From an uncultured Spirochaetota bacterium (GTDB lineage Bacteria > Spirochaetota > Spirochaetia > SZUA-6 > CAVTHK01), in the NCBI GenBank assembly GCA_963734495.1, contig CAVTHK010000011.1, forward strand, positions 256,001 through 320,000: DNA of 64,000 nt, given 5' to 3'. How positions within the stretch are numbered: the first letter of the stretch is position 1; each line of letters opens with the position of its first letter. Positions 20,447 through 30,362 of this stretch are shown here, piece after piece. A program made the position numbers and the translations under genes. Under the pieces are notes generated by a model that had not been told where the DNA came from, made no database searches, and worked only from the letters and a program-made list of their open reading frames with translations.

Positions 20447-20890
20447 TCAAGAAGACGCGAGAAAGCGGTCGAGGCGGTTGGCGAACGCCATGCGATCGCT
20501 GTAGTCAAAGGGCGGCGGGCCCGAGATCACCTCGCCGCTCGCGCGCAGCTCGTCCATGAGGTTGCGGGTGGCGAGGAGCTCGCCGACATTCTCGCTGGTG
20601 TACAGCGTGCCCCGCGGGTCGAGGGCGCAGGCGCCCTTCTTGACGACCGCGGCCGCCAGCGGGATGTCGGCCGTGATCACCAGGTCGCCGGGCCGCACAC
20701 GGGCCGCGATGGTCTCGTCGGCGACGTCGAACCCGCCGGCGACCTGGATGGTGTCGATGTAGCGGGAGCGCGGGACGCGCAGCGGCCTGTTGGCCACCAG
20801 GGTGAGCTGCACGCGCACCCGCTCCGCGGCCCTGTAGAGGATCTCCTTGGCAACGCGCGGGCACGAGTCGGCGTCGACCCAGATCTGCAT
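20447..20890 (-). CDS. yaiI: YaiI/YqxD (UPF0178) protein
   Basis: IWVDADSCP, GFDVAD, GDLVITADIPLAA, GPPPF. Confidence 0.93.
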   Translation of the reverse strand: MQIWVDADSCPRVAKEILYRAAERVRVQLTLVANRPLRVPRSRYIDTIQVAGGFDVADETIAARVRPGDLVITADIPLAAAVVKKGACALDPRGTLYTSENVGELLATRNLMDELRASGEVISGPPPFDYSDRMAFANRLDRFLASS

Positions 20891-20895
20891 GGCCG

Positions 20896-21198
20896 CTACG
20901 GGAAGACTTCCCTGAGACCCTGCGACGCGGTGTAGACGCTTCCTACGCCGCTCAAGTGGAAGGCGACGCGGACCGCTTCGGCGATCTCCTCTTTGGTCGC
21001 CCCTTCCTTGATCGCCGACAGCGCCAGGGCGCGCACGCCGGACGCGGCGCCGTGCGCTGCGTCGAACGCCAGCGCTATCAGCAGCTTGATCCTGCGCGGG
21101 AGCGCTCCGTCGGAGTAGACGACCTCGTCCGTGAGCTTGAGATGAGCCATCAGCGCGGGGTCGATCTTCATGATGGTAGCCAGGGGATGTTCGGCCAT
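20896..21198 (-). CDS. Carboxymuconolactone decarboxylase (CMD/AhpD-like) family protein
   Basis: GALPRRIKLLIALA, GATKEEIAEAV; AAGGAGGG RBS; no CxxC. Confidence 0.85.
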   Translation of the reverse strand: MAEHPLATIMKIDPALMAHLKLTDEVVYSDGALPRRIKLLIALAFDAAHGAASGVRALALSAIKEGATKEEIAEAVRVAFHLSGVGSVYTASQGLREVFP

Positions 21199-21288
21199 GG
21201 TTCCCTCCTTTGGGACAGGCTCATCATACGCGGGCCGCCGAGGCAGGCTCAAGGTGCCCGCCGCGCCGCTTTGTGCTAAGGTAGCGCC

Positions 21289-22187
21289 GTGAAGCCGCTG
21301 CCGCGGGAAACGATCGAAGCCGACGGGGTGCTGAAACGCGCCGTCGCCTGGGGCGAGGCGCGGTCCGACGTGCGCGCCATGCTGCTCACCAGCACGCGCA
21401 CGATGCCGGACGCGGCCGTGGACCGGTTCTCGGACTACGACATCGTCCTTGCCGTCATCGACGTCATGCCGTATTTCAGCGATCGCTCCTGGCTCGGGGA
21501 CTTCGGGCGCGGTCCTCGTCGTCTACCGCGACCCCATCCGGCAGCTCCACGGTCTCGACCGGTTCGCGTACATCACGCAGTACGAGGACGGGCTCAAGAT
21601 CGATTTCACGCTGTGGAGCGCGGGCATCCCCGCCCGCATCGCCTCGTCCGGCGTGCTGACCGATGACCTCGACGTGGGGTATGCCGTCCTGCTCGACAAG
21701 GAGGGCCTCACGCGCGGCCTCAAGGAGCCCACGCACCGCGCGCACATCCCGGCCCGCCCGACCGAGGCGCAGTACCTCACCCTGGTCGAGGAGCTCTTTC
21801 ACGAGGCGACCTACGTGGCCAAGAACCTCTGGCGCGACGAGCTGCTCCCCGCCAAGTACAGCCTGGACCACGTGATCAAGCAGGTCGACCTCCGGAAGCT
21901 GCTGGAGTGGCGCATCGAGACCGAGCACGGCTGGGCGCTCAAGCCCGGCGCCTACGGCAAGGGGCTCAAGAAGTACCTGGACCCCGCGACATGGGCGGAG
22001 CTCGAGCGCACATACGCGGGAGCTTCGGTCGCGGAGAACTGGGAAGCCGCTGTTCCGCACGATCGACCTCTTCCGCAGGATCGCCGTCGAGGTCGGCGGG
22101 CGGCTCGGCTACGCCTACCCGCTCGACCTCGACCGCCGCGCCGTCGCGTACCTGCGGCGCGTGCAGTCCCTGCCTATCGGTTCTTGA
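21289..22187 (+). CDS. Aminoglycoside 6-adenylyltransferase family (AadK/AadE-like) protein; frameshifts near 21508 and 22048
   Basis: DRFSDYDI, QYEDGLKIDFT, LLDKEG, YVAKNLWRDEL, GKGLKKYL, LGYAYP. Confidence 0.8.
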
Positions 22188-23079
22188 GGAACGTTCCGGC
22201 CTGCAGCTCGGCAAACGCCTGGCGCAGCTCCTCCTGGGTGTTCATCACGATCGGGCCGTACCACGCGACGGGCTCCACGAGAGGCTTGCCAGAGACGAGG
22301 AGAAAACGGATGCCGTCGTCGCCCGCCTGCACCGTGACCTCGTCGCCCGAGTCGAAGAGCACGAGCGAGCGGTTGTCGGCCACCTCCGAGGGCGTCGTGT
22401 CGGCCCACCCCGCGGGCTCGGTCGGGACGGCGAGCGGGCCGGAGGCGTTGCAGAATCTCCCCGAGCCCGCGAACACGTAAGCAAAGGCGTGGCGCGAGGT
22501 CTCCACCGGGAGCGTCTTGCGCTTACCGGCCGGGATCGACACGTCGAAGTAGCTCGGTTCCGCCGCAATCCCGTGGACCGGTCCGGTCTTGCCCCAGAGG
22601 CTGCCGCAGACGACCTTCACTTTTGTCCCATCATCGTCGATGGCCTCAGGGACGTCCGCCGCATGGACGTCCTGGTAGCCGGGCGCGGTCATCTTGAGCG
22701 ACGACGGGAGGTTCGCCCAGAGCTGAAAGCCGTGCATCCGGCCCCGGGCATCGCCGTGGGGCATCTCCTGGTGGATGATGCCGCTGCCCGCTGTCATCCA
22801 CTGCACGTCCCCGGACCCGATCGAGCCGCTGTTGCCGAGGCTGTCGCCGTGGTCGACGGTGCCCGCCAGCACGTAGGTGATCGTCTCGATGCCGCGGTGC
22901 GGGTGCCACGGGAAACCGGCGATGTAGTCATCAGGGCGGTCGCCGCGGAAGTCGTCGAGGAGAAGGAAGGGGTCGAACTCCTCGGTAGCGCCAAAGCCGA
23001 AGGCGCGACGCAGCCGCACACCTGCGCCTTCGATGGTCGGTTTGGCCTTGACGAGCCGCCTGATCGGTCGGATCGACAT
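22174..23079 (-). CDS. Pirin family protein
   Basis: EGAGVRL, DPFLLLD, GFPWHPHRGIETITY, GDVQWMTAGSGIIHQE, QLWANLP, GPIVMNT. Confidence 0.95.
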   Translation of the reverse strand: MSIRPIRRLVKAKPTIEGAGVRLRRAFGFGATEEFDPFLLLDDFRGDRPDDYIAGFPWHPHRGIETITYVLAGTVDHGDSLGNSGSIGSGDVQWMTAGSGIIHQEMPHGDARGRMHGFQLWANLPSSLKMTAPGYQDVHAADVPEAIDDDGTKVKVVCGSLWGKTGPVHGIAAEPSYFDVSIPAGKRKTLPVETSRHAFAYVFAGSGRFCNASGPLAVPTEPAGWADTTPSEVADNRSLVLFDSGDEVTVQAGDDGIRFLLVSGKPLVEPVAWYGPIVMNTQEELRQAFAELQAGTFLKNR

Positions 23080-23092
23080 GGTGCCTCCTGGT

Positions 23093-23108
23093 TTGTGAGA
23101 TCCCACAA
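23093..23108. promoter_or_regulatory. Palindromic operator candidate between pirin and epimerase genes
   Basis: TTGTG-AGATCC-CACAA, just upstream of the pirin RBS; TGGACT-17-TATCGT (23142-23170) on + strand nearby. Confidence 0.45.
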
Positions 23109-23188
23109 TGTACGAAATTCGCGGCGGAGCCGGCGTGCGTCTGGACTGGCCGGACAGGGGAGGATATCGTGGGCCCCGAGGAGGCTCC

Positions 23189-23977
23189 GTGCGCATCGGG
23201 TGCATCGCCGCTTTCGAGAATGCCGCGGCCGCCGCCGCGGCCGGCTTTGAATACATCGAGTGTCCGATCGGCTCGCTCAAGCCCGACCAGCCGGATTCCG
23301 CGTTCGCGCCGATCCGCGAGGCTTTCCGCGCGAGCCCTCTGCCGACGCCGGCCTTTAACCTCTTCATCCCCGCCGAGCTCAAGATCGTCGGGCCGGCGGT
23401 GGACGAGGAGCGGCTGCGCCGCTATGCGGCGACCGCGATCGAGCGCGTGGCCGCCGTGAGCGGCCGGGTCATCGTGTTCGGCAGCGGGCCGGCCCGCACG
23501 ATTCCTCCCGGCTTCCCGCGCGAGCGCGCCGAGGAGCAGTTCATCGAGTTCTCGCGGTTCTGCGGCGAGGCCGCGCAGCGGGCGGGCGTAACCATCGGCT
23601 TCGAGTCGATCGCGAGGGGCGGGACGGTCAACTTGATCCATACGTTCGAGGAGGCGGTGATGATCGCCCGGCGCGTGGGCCATCCCGCGGTCAAGGCGAT
23701 GGCCGACCTCGGGCAGATGGCGCCGGAGAAAGAGCCGTGGCGGCACCTGAGCGAGCTGGGCGCCGGGATCCCTCACGTGCACATCGCGGACACGGACAAG
23801 AAGGTGCCGGGGCTCGGCAGCCTCGCCTGGAGCGAGGCCTTTGCCGAGCTTCGCCGGGCGGGCTACGATGGGCTCATGTCCATCGAATGCCGCTGGACGG
23901 ACCTGGCGCCCGTGGCCGCGCAGGCGATCCGCTTCGTGCGCGACGCGTGGGAAGCGGCAGAGGAGGCGAGCCGATGA
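23189..23977 (+). CDS. Sugar phosphate isomerase/epimerase (xylose-isomerase-like TIM barrel)
   Basis: GAGGAGG RBS + GTG; VFGSG, GFES, AD, HVHIAD, GYDGLMSIE. Confidence 0.85.
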   Translation: MRIGCIAAFENAAAAAAAGFEYIECPIGSLKPDQPDSAFAPIREAFRASPLPTPAFNLFIPAELKIVGPAVDEERLRRYAATAIERVAAVSGRVIVFGSGPARTIPPGFPRERAEEQFIEFSRFCGEAAQRAGVTIGFESIARGGTVNLIHTFEEAVMIARRVGHPAVKAMADLGQMAPEKEPWRHLSELGAGIPHVHIADTDKKVPGLGSLAWSEAFAELRRAGYDGLMSIECRWTDLAPVAAQAIRFVRDAWEAAEEASR

Positions 23978-24747
23978 TCCGCACCAACCCCATCAAGGCG
24001 GGGCTGAGGCAAGGCCGCAAGTACGTCGGGACGTTCGCCAAGATGCACGATCCGTGCGTCGTGGAGCTGCTCGCGCTCGGAGGCTTCGACTTCTTTATCG
24101 TGGACAACGAGCACAGCCAGATGAGCAAGGAGAGCATGCTCGCGCTCGTGAGGACCGCGGACATCTCGGGCATCGTCCCGATCGTGCGGGTGCGGGAGAA
24201 CAGCCGCGCGCAGATCCTGCAGGCGCTCGACGCCGGGGCGCTCGGCGTGATGGTGCCCGAGACCAGCACGGCGGCCGAGGTCAGGCACGTGGTCGAGAGC
24301 GCCTACTACGCGCCGCTCGGGCACCGCGGCTACACGGCCTCCAGCCGCGCCGCGGGCTACGGCACGATGGACCCGGCGGAGTACGCCGTGGCCGCGAACG
24401 CCAACATCATCTCGCTCGTCTACTGCGAGACGCAGGCCGCCCTCGACAACCTCGACGAGATGCTGGCCGTGCCCGGCCTGGACGTCATGTGGATCGGACC
24501 GATGGACCTCACGCAGGCGCTCGGCGTGATCGGCAAGCCGACGCACCCCAAGGTGACTCAGGCGGTCGAGACGGTCGTGCGCAAGTGCCTCGCCGCCCAC
24601 GTCGCGGTCGGTACGATCGCGTCCGACGCCGCTGCCGCGGCGCGGCTCTTCGACATGGGCGTGCAGTTCATCAGCGTCGCCTCCGACCAGGCCATGCTGA
24701 TCTCGACCGGCCGGCGCCTGACCGCGGACCTCGCGAAGCACCGGTGA
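23974..24747 (+). CDS. HpcH/HpaI-family class II aldolase
   Basis: GFDFFIVDNEH, VRV, LDAGA.G.MVP, GHRG, CET, IGPMDL. Confidence 0.92.
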   Translation: MIRTNPIKAGLRQGRKYVGTFAKMHDPCVVELLALGGFDFFIVDNEHSQMSKESMLALVRTADISGIVPIVRVRENSRAQILQALDAGALGVMVPETSTAAEVRHVVESAYYAPLGHRGYTASSRAAGYGTMDPAEYAVAANANIISLVYCETQAALDNLDEMLAVPGLDVMWIGPMDLTQALGVIGKPTHPKVTQAVETVVRKCLAAHVAVGTIASDAAAAARLFDMGVQFISVASDQAMLISTGRRLTADLAKHR

Positions 24748-24753
24748 CGCGGC

Positions 24754-25889
24754 ATGCTGCCTGACGGCAGGGCCGAAGACCTCGGCATGGACGCGGGCGC
24801 GCTCGAGCGCGCCTTCGGGCTGCTCGAGGCGTGGGTCGACGACGGCACGCTGCCGGCGGCCGCGGCACTGGTCGCGCGCCGCGGCGCGGTCGTCGCCCGC
24901 CGCTGGTTCGGACGCGCCGCGCGCGCGCCCGGGAGCCGGCCCGTCGGGCCGGAAACGATCTTTGCCGTGGCGTCCGTGACGAAGCCCTTTACGGCGACCG
25001 CCGTCATGCAGCTCGTCGAGCGGGGGGTGCTGTCGATCGACCAGCCCGTCATCGACCTGCTGCCCGAGTTCGCGGGCCCCGGCAAAGAGGACATCACCCT
25101 CCGCCACTTTCTCACCCACACCTCCGGGCTTCCGGAGTACGCCGACGATAACGAAGAGATCCGCAGCCGCCACCTCGGCCTCGACGCGTTCGTCCGGTCG
25201 TACTGCCGCGGCCGGCCGCTCTTCCCGCAGGGGCCGGGGTCGCGCTGGTCCTACAGCAACTTCGGCTTCGGGCTCGCGGGCGAGATCGTCGCGCGCCGCG
25301 GCGGCCGCGGCTACCACGAGCTCGTCGCCGAGCGGATCCTCGCGCCGCTCGCGATGCGCGACAGCAGCCTGCTGCCGCCCGAGTCGGTCTGGGACCGCAT
25401 CGCCGAGGTGTGGCTGCCGACGGAGCCGCACACGGACCACGAGCGGTACAACTCGCCCTACTTCCGCAAGCTCGGCATCCCGTGGGGCGGGCTCTACACG
25501 ACGCCCGACGACCTCGCGGTCTTTGCACAGGCGTTCTGCGCGCGGCTGGCGCGGACCGAGGATCGTGAGCCCGGCCACGGCCGCTGAGATGACGCGCAAT
25601 CAGCTCGAGCGCCGTGGCCGGCGATGGGGTCGTGCGCTGGCGCTCGGCGAGCTGGGGCCTGGGCTGGGACGTCAAGGGAGCCAAGGCGCCCCACAGCAGC
25701 GGCGCGCTGACGTCGCCCGCAACCTTCGGCCACACCGGATCGTCGGGCTCCATGCTGTGGGTCGACCCCGCCCTGGAGCTCACCTGCGTGATGATCGGCA
25801 CGCGCTCGGCCGAGAGCGGCTGGGCCGACGGGCCCGTCCCGCGCCGCGCCCTTTTCTCCAACGCGGTCGTCGCTGCCGTGCGGAACTGA
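24754..25889 (+). CDS. Serine hydrolase, beta-lactamase-like/family VIII esterase (frameshifts near 25555-25620)
   Basis: SVTK (SxxK), FLTHTSG, YSN, GGL, FGHTG. Confidence 0.85.
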
Positions 25890-25916
25890 ACGCAGACACG
25901 CGGTCGGCCGCCCTTC

Positions 25917-25958
25917 ACCTGACATATCTGTTGACTTACAACCCCAAGGTGCTATGAT
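25917..25958 (+). promoter_or_regulatory. sigma70 promoter with overlapping GntR-like box
   Basis: TTGACT-16 bp-TATGAT with TG extension; ACCTGACATATCTGTT (25917-25932) abuts the -35. Confidence 0.6.
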
Positions 25959-26007
25959 GGGTCGACCCCGACAAGCGGGCACTCCTCACCAGAAAGGACT
26001 TTCAACT

Positions 26008-27177
26008 GTGAAGATCAAACGAGTCGAAACAGCCTATGTCATGATGAAGTGCGACATCCCGCAGGGTCTTTCAGGCGGCCCGATGACCCACAGCACGGAC
26101 GGTCTCTGCCGCATCACCACCAGCGACGGCATCCACGGGATCGGGCTCGGCCGCGGAGCGCCCCTCGACCAGATCTGCAAGCTCATCAAGGAGGTGTTCG
26201 CGCCCCTGCTGCTCGGGGAGAACGCGCTGCACACGCAGTACCTCTGGGACAAGCTCTACAACGCGACCGTGGACGCTAACGGAAAGGCCAGGACTTCGTT
26301 CGAGGTGAACGTCGTGCGCTGCGCCCTCTGCGCGGTCGACGGGGCCCTCTGGGACATCAAGGGCAAGGCCGCGAACCTGTCGATCTGCGAGCTCCTCGGC
26401 GGCAAGCCGCAGCCCGTCCTCGGCTACATCCAGAAGGGCTTCTACGTCGACGGCCAGAGCCTGGAGGAGATGGCTCAAGAGGGGCTCGCCGTGTTCCAGG
26501 AGGGCGGCTTCGAGTACATGAAGATGCGCGTCGGCCGCAACGGGATCAAGGAGGCGGTCCAGCGCGTCGAGATCATGCGCAAGACCCTCGGCGACAGGGC
26601 GAAGCTCATGGTCGACGTGAACCAGGCGTGGACTCTTGACGAGGCGCTCGAAGGCGCGAAGGCTCTTGCGCCCTACAACCTGACGTGGATGGAGGAGCCG
26701 ATCTCGCGCAAGAAGGGCGCCGGCGCCGTCGACATCAACGCCGAGATGGGGAAGTTCCAGGCGAAGTCTCCGATCCCGCTGGCCGCGGGCGAGAACCACA
26801 AGGGCCTCCTGGACTCGAACGAGCTCGTCACCAAGGCGAAGCCGAAGTACATGCAGCTCGACATCTGCAAGCAGAGCGGCGGCCTGAGCGAGTGGGTCAA
26901 GGTGCAGGCGCTCTGCCTCGCCAACGGGATCCTCATGGCGCCGCACGTGGCGCCGCAGTTCCACGTGCAGCTCGTCCCCGCCGTTTCCAACGGCTTCATC
27001 ATCGAGATCTGCGACAACCCGAAGCAGCACCCGGCGTGGCCCGACCTGTACATCGGCTTCCCCAAGGTCAAGAAGGGGCACATGGAGATCCCGAAGGGTC
27101 CGGGCTGGGGCCTCGAGATCAATGACGATATGGTGAAGAAGGTCGGCACGCCGGTCGACTGGGACTTCAAGAAATAG
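26008..27177 (+). CDS. Mandelate racemase/MLE (enolase superfamily) acid-sugar dehydratase-like protein
   Basis: DGALWDIKGK, KMR, MVDVNQ, WMEEP, AAGEN, QLD, APH, GPGWGLE. Confidence 0.9.
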   Translation: MKIKRVETAYVMMKCDIPQGLSGGPMTHSTDGLCRITTSDGIHGIGLGRGAPLDQICKLIKEVFAPLLLGENALHTQYLWDKLYNATVDANGKARTSFEVNVVRCALCAVDGALWDIKGKAANLSICELLGGKPQPVLGYIQKGFYVDGQSLEEMAQEGLAVFQEGGFEYMKMRVGRNGIKEAVQRVEIMRKTLGDRAKLMVDVNQAWTLDEALEGAKALAPYNLTWMEEPISRKKGAGAVDINAEMGKFQAKSPIPLAAGENHKGLLDSNELVTKAKPKYMQLDICKQSGGLSEWVKVQALCLANGILMAPHVAPQFHVQLVPAVSNGFIIEICDNPKQHPAWPDLYIGFPKVKKGHMEIPKGPGWGLEINDDMVKKVGTPVDWDFKK

Positions 27178-27188
27178 CGGGGCGACGC

Positions 27189-28070
27189 GTGCGGCTGCGA
27201 GCCAAGAACTACCTGTGGGGCCTGCTGTTCATGACGCCCTGGGTCGTGGGCCTTCTCATGTTCCAGCTCGGCCCCCTGGTGGCTTCCTTCATCCTGAGCT
27301 TTACGCGCTACGACATCATCACGCCGGTCAAATGGACCGGCTTCGCCAACTACGCCGAGATGTTCCGCGACCAGCTCTTCGTCAAGTCGCTGGTGAACAC
27401 GGTCTACTACGTGGGCGTCTCCACGCCGATCCGCATCGTGCTCGCGATCGCGATGGCGCTGCTGTTGAACCAGGGGCTCTTCGCCACCGGTGTCTTCCGG
27501 ACGATCTATTACCTGCCATCGGTGACCGCGGGCGTGGCGATCTCGATCCTCTGGCGGTGGATCTACCACCCCAAGTACGGCGCGCTCAACGACGTGCTGT
27601 CCTGGGTGGGCATCAAGGGGCCGCAGTGGCTCGCTGATCCCGCGTGGGCCATGCCCGCGATCATCATCATGGGGACGTGGCTCGTGGCGGGACGGTACAT
27701 GGTGATCTTTCTCGCCGGACTGCAGGCGGTCCCCGACCAGCTCTACGAGGCGGCCCGGATCGACGGTGCCGGCCGGGTGCACCAGTTCCGGTACATCACC
27801 ATTCCCCTGCTGAGCCCGACGATCTACCTGGTCGCGGTGCTCGCGGTCATCCAGTCCTTCCAGGTGTTCACCCACGCCTACATCCTCACCGGCGGCGGAC
27901 CCGCGGACGCGACCCTGGTGTACATCCTCTACCTCTACCGAAAGGGGTTCCAGTACTTCCAGATGGGCTACTCGTGCGCCCTCGCGTGGGTCCTGTTCCT
28001 GATCATCATGACGGTCACGCTCGTGCAGAAGTGGCTGTCGTCCTGGGTCTACTACGAGGCGGGAGACTGA
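27189..28070 (+). CDS. Sugar ABC permease
   Basis: FRTIYYLPS, LAGLQ, LYEAARIDGA, GGP, MGY, WVYYE. Confidence 0.92.
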   Translation: MRLRAKNYLWGLLFMTPWVVGLLMFQLGPLVASFILSFTRYDIITPVKWTGFANYAEMFRDQLFVKSLVNTVYYVGVSTPIRIVLAIAMALLLNQGLFATGVFRTIYYLPSVTAGVAISILWRWIYHPKYGALNDVLSWVGIKGPQWLADPAWAMPAIIIMGTWLVAGRYMVIFLAGLQAVPDQLYEAARIDGAGRVHQFRYITIPLLSPTIYLVAVLAVIQSFQVFTHAYILTGGGPADATLVYILYLYRKGFQYFQMGYSCALAWVLFLIIMTVTLVQKWLSSWVYYEAGD

Positions 28071-28074
28071 AGCG

Positions 28075-28986
28075 GTGAGCAGCCTGTCGTCCGCAAGACC
28101 CGAAGAGACCGTCGGCCCCGTTCGCGCCCCGCGGCCCGAGCGGCTGGCGAGCAAGAGCCGCAACGAGGCGATCGTCGCGGCCTTCTCCTACGTGGCCATC
28201 CTGCTGCTCGCCTTCGCCTTCGTGCTTCCGTTCGCCTGGCAGGTCAGCAGCGCGCTCAAGGCCCCCGAGGAGATCTTTGCGCTCCCGATCCAGTGGATAC
28301 CCAGGCACCCGGGTCTGCAGAACTTCTCGGAGGCCTGGAAGGCCAACCCTCTCGGCCGCTACACGATCAACACCGCTCGCCTGACGCTCCTGTCCCTGGT
28401 GGGTCACATCCTCGTGAGCTCGTTCATCGGGTACGGGTTCGCCAAGCGCCGCTTCCCGGGCCGCGAGGTGCTGTTCATGATCCTGCTCGCGACGATGATG
28501 GTGCCGTTCCACGTCAAGGCGGTGCCTCTGTACATCATCTTCAAGAAGCTGGGCTGGATCGATTCGCTCAAGCCCCTCGTGATCCCGGCCTACTTCGGCG
28601 GCGACGCCGTGTTCATCTTTCTGTTCCGCCAGTTCTTCCGCAGCATCCCCAACGACCTGGACGAAGCCGCCGAGATCGACGGCTGCAATCCGATCTACAT
28701 CTACTGGCGGATCATCTTCCCGCTGTCGAAACCCGTCATCGCGACCGTCGCCATCTTCTCTTTCATGGGCTCCTGGAACGAGCTGTGGGGCCCGCTGATC
28801 TACCTGAACACGCGGGAAAAATACACGCTCTCGATCGGCCTGCGGTATTTCCTCGGCGAATACACCATCGAGTATCACCTCTTCATGGCCGCGTCGCTCA
28901 TCGCCGTGATCCCCTGCGTGGCGATCTTCTTCGTGTTTCAGCGCTACTTCGTGAAAGGAGTCGTCCTGTCCGGCCTCAAAGGATGA
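28075..28986 (+). CDS. Sugar ABC permease
   Basis: FLFRQFF, LDEAAEIDG, SWNE, QRYFVKGVVLSGLKG. Confidence 0.92.
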   Translation: MSSLSSARPEETVGPVRAPRPERLASKSRNEAIVAAFSYVAILLLAFAFVLPFAWQVSSALKAPEEIFALPIQWIPRHPGLQNFSEAWKANPLGRYTINTARLTLLSLVGHILVSSFIGYGFAKRRFPGREVLFMILLATMMVPFHVKAVPLYIIFKKLGWIDSLKPLVIPAYFGGDAVFIFLFRQFFRSIPNDLDEAAEIDGCNPIYIYWRIIFPLSKPVIATVAIFSFMGSWNELWGPLIYLNTREKYTLSIGLRYFLGEYTIEYHLFMAASLIAVIPCVAIFFVFQRYFVKGVVLSGLKG

Positions 28987-29102
28987 TAGCCGGGTGCGAG
29001 CGACGGAGAGGAGGGACCGTCGAGAGGGGAAAAAAGGACCGTGATCGTCAACGCCGGCTCGCCGGCGAGACTCGAAAGAGGATCGTTCAAGGAGGTAGGA
29101 AC

Positions 29103-30362
29103 ATGAAGAAAGGCCTTTTGTTGCTGGCACTCGCGCTGTGCGTGCTGTGGGCCGCGCCGCTGTTCGCCAGCCCGCAGTCCGAGCCCGCGACGGGCTCCAA
29201 GGTGGTCGCGCCCGCGAAGATCCAGCTCTGGTGGTTCGGCGGCGCTGTCCGCGAGCCGACCATGAAGAAGATCGTCGACAAGTTCAAGGAAAAGAACCCC
29301 AAGATCGACGTCACCATGCAGATGTTCACCGGATGGGACGACCTGCATCAGAAGAGCCTGCTCGCGATCGCGGGCGGAGACCCGCCCGACATCACGCTCG
29401 TCAAGCCGATCAACCTCGGCGACCTCGCGGATCGCGGGAGCCTCCTCGCGCTGGACCCCTACATCCAGAGGGACAAGATCGACACCAAGCGGTGGTTCGA
29501 CGTGGTCGCCACCTACGACTCGATGTGGAACAAGAAGTACTACGCGCTGCCGTGGAACATGGCGGCCTACGTGCTTCTGTACAACAGGGACCGGTTCACC
29601 GAGGCGGGGCTCGCCCCGGACAACCCGCCGAAGACGTGGAACGAGCTGCTCGAGTACGCGAGGAAGATGACGAACAAGGACAAGTGGGGACTGCTCGCGC
29701 CCTCCGGCGTCAACGGGTTCCTGATGTTCCTCAAGCAGAACGGCGGCGAGTACATGAGCGAGGACTTGACCAGGTCCTACATCACCGAGAAGCCGGGCCA
29801 GGAGGCGCTGCAGTTCCTCGTGGATCTCGTGCACAAGCACAAGGTGTCCCCCGTTCCCGGAACGACCGACACCGTCGATCTCTACAACGGGAAGATCGCG
29901 ATGTGGTACGACCACAACGGATCGCTGCCGAACTTCGCGAAGTTCGCGCCCAAGCTCAACCTCGCGTCGGCCATGAACCCCAAGAAGCTCAACGGGGTCA
30001 CCATCGAGATGTCGACCGTCATGAGCATCTTCAAGGAGAGCCGCTACCCGGACCAGTCGTGGGAGCTGCTCAAGTGGATGTGCTACGACGACGACATGCA
30101 GATGCTGTGGGCGGTGGAGATCGGACACCTGCCCGCGGTCAAGGCGCTGGTCGATCGACCGCCGTTCACGACGGAGCCCAAGTGGCTCGGCTTCCAGCAG
30201 CAGGTCAAGAGCGAGATGTGGGCGAGGCCCGTGTCGCTGCGGCAGCTCGAGATGTACAACACCCTGGACTCGGAGACCCAGGCCGCGATGCTCGGCAAGA
30301 AGACCGTCGAAAAGGCGCTCGCCGACGCGCAGGCGAGGATCCTGGAGTTCATGAAGAAGTAG
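29103..30362 (+). CDS. Sugar ABC solute-binding protein
   Basis: AAGGAGG RBS; signal peptide MKKGLLLLA..LFASPQSE; IAGGDPPD, YALPW, PPKTWNEL. Confidence 0.9.
   Translation: MKKGLLLLALALCVLWAAPLFASPQSEPATGSKVVAPAKIQLWWFGGAVREPTMKKIVDKFKEKNPKIDVTMQMFTGWDDLHQKSLLAIAGGDPPDITLVKPINLGDLADRGSLLALDPYIQRDKIDTKRWFDVVATYDSMWNKKYYALPWNMAAYVLLYNRDRFTEAGLAPDNPPKTWNELLEYARKMTNKDKWGLLAPSGVNGFLMFLKQNGGEYMSEDLTRSYITEKPGQEALQFLVDLVHKHKVSPVPGTTDTVDLYNGKIAMWYDHNGSLPNFAKFAPKLNLASAMNPKKLNGVTIEMSTVMSIFKESRYPDQSWELLKWMCYDDDMQMLWAVEIGHLPAVKALVDRPPFTTEPKWLGFQQQVKSEMWARPVSLRQLEMYNTLDSETQAAMLGKKTVEKALADAQARILEFMKK

Noticed and set aside
24754-25889. Beta-lactamase resistance gene
   Set aside because: No signal peptide, HTG rather than KTG, and a sugar-catabolic operon context point to an esterase-type serine hydrolase
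28293-30362. 689-aa ORF
   Set aside because: N-terminal part is an off-frame shadow of the permease; the SBP starts at 29103 after AAGGAGG
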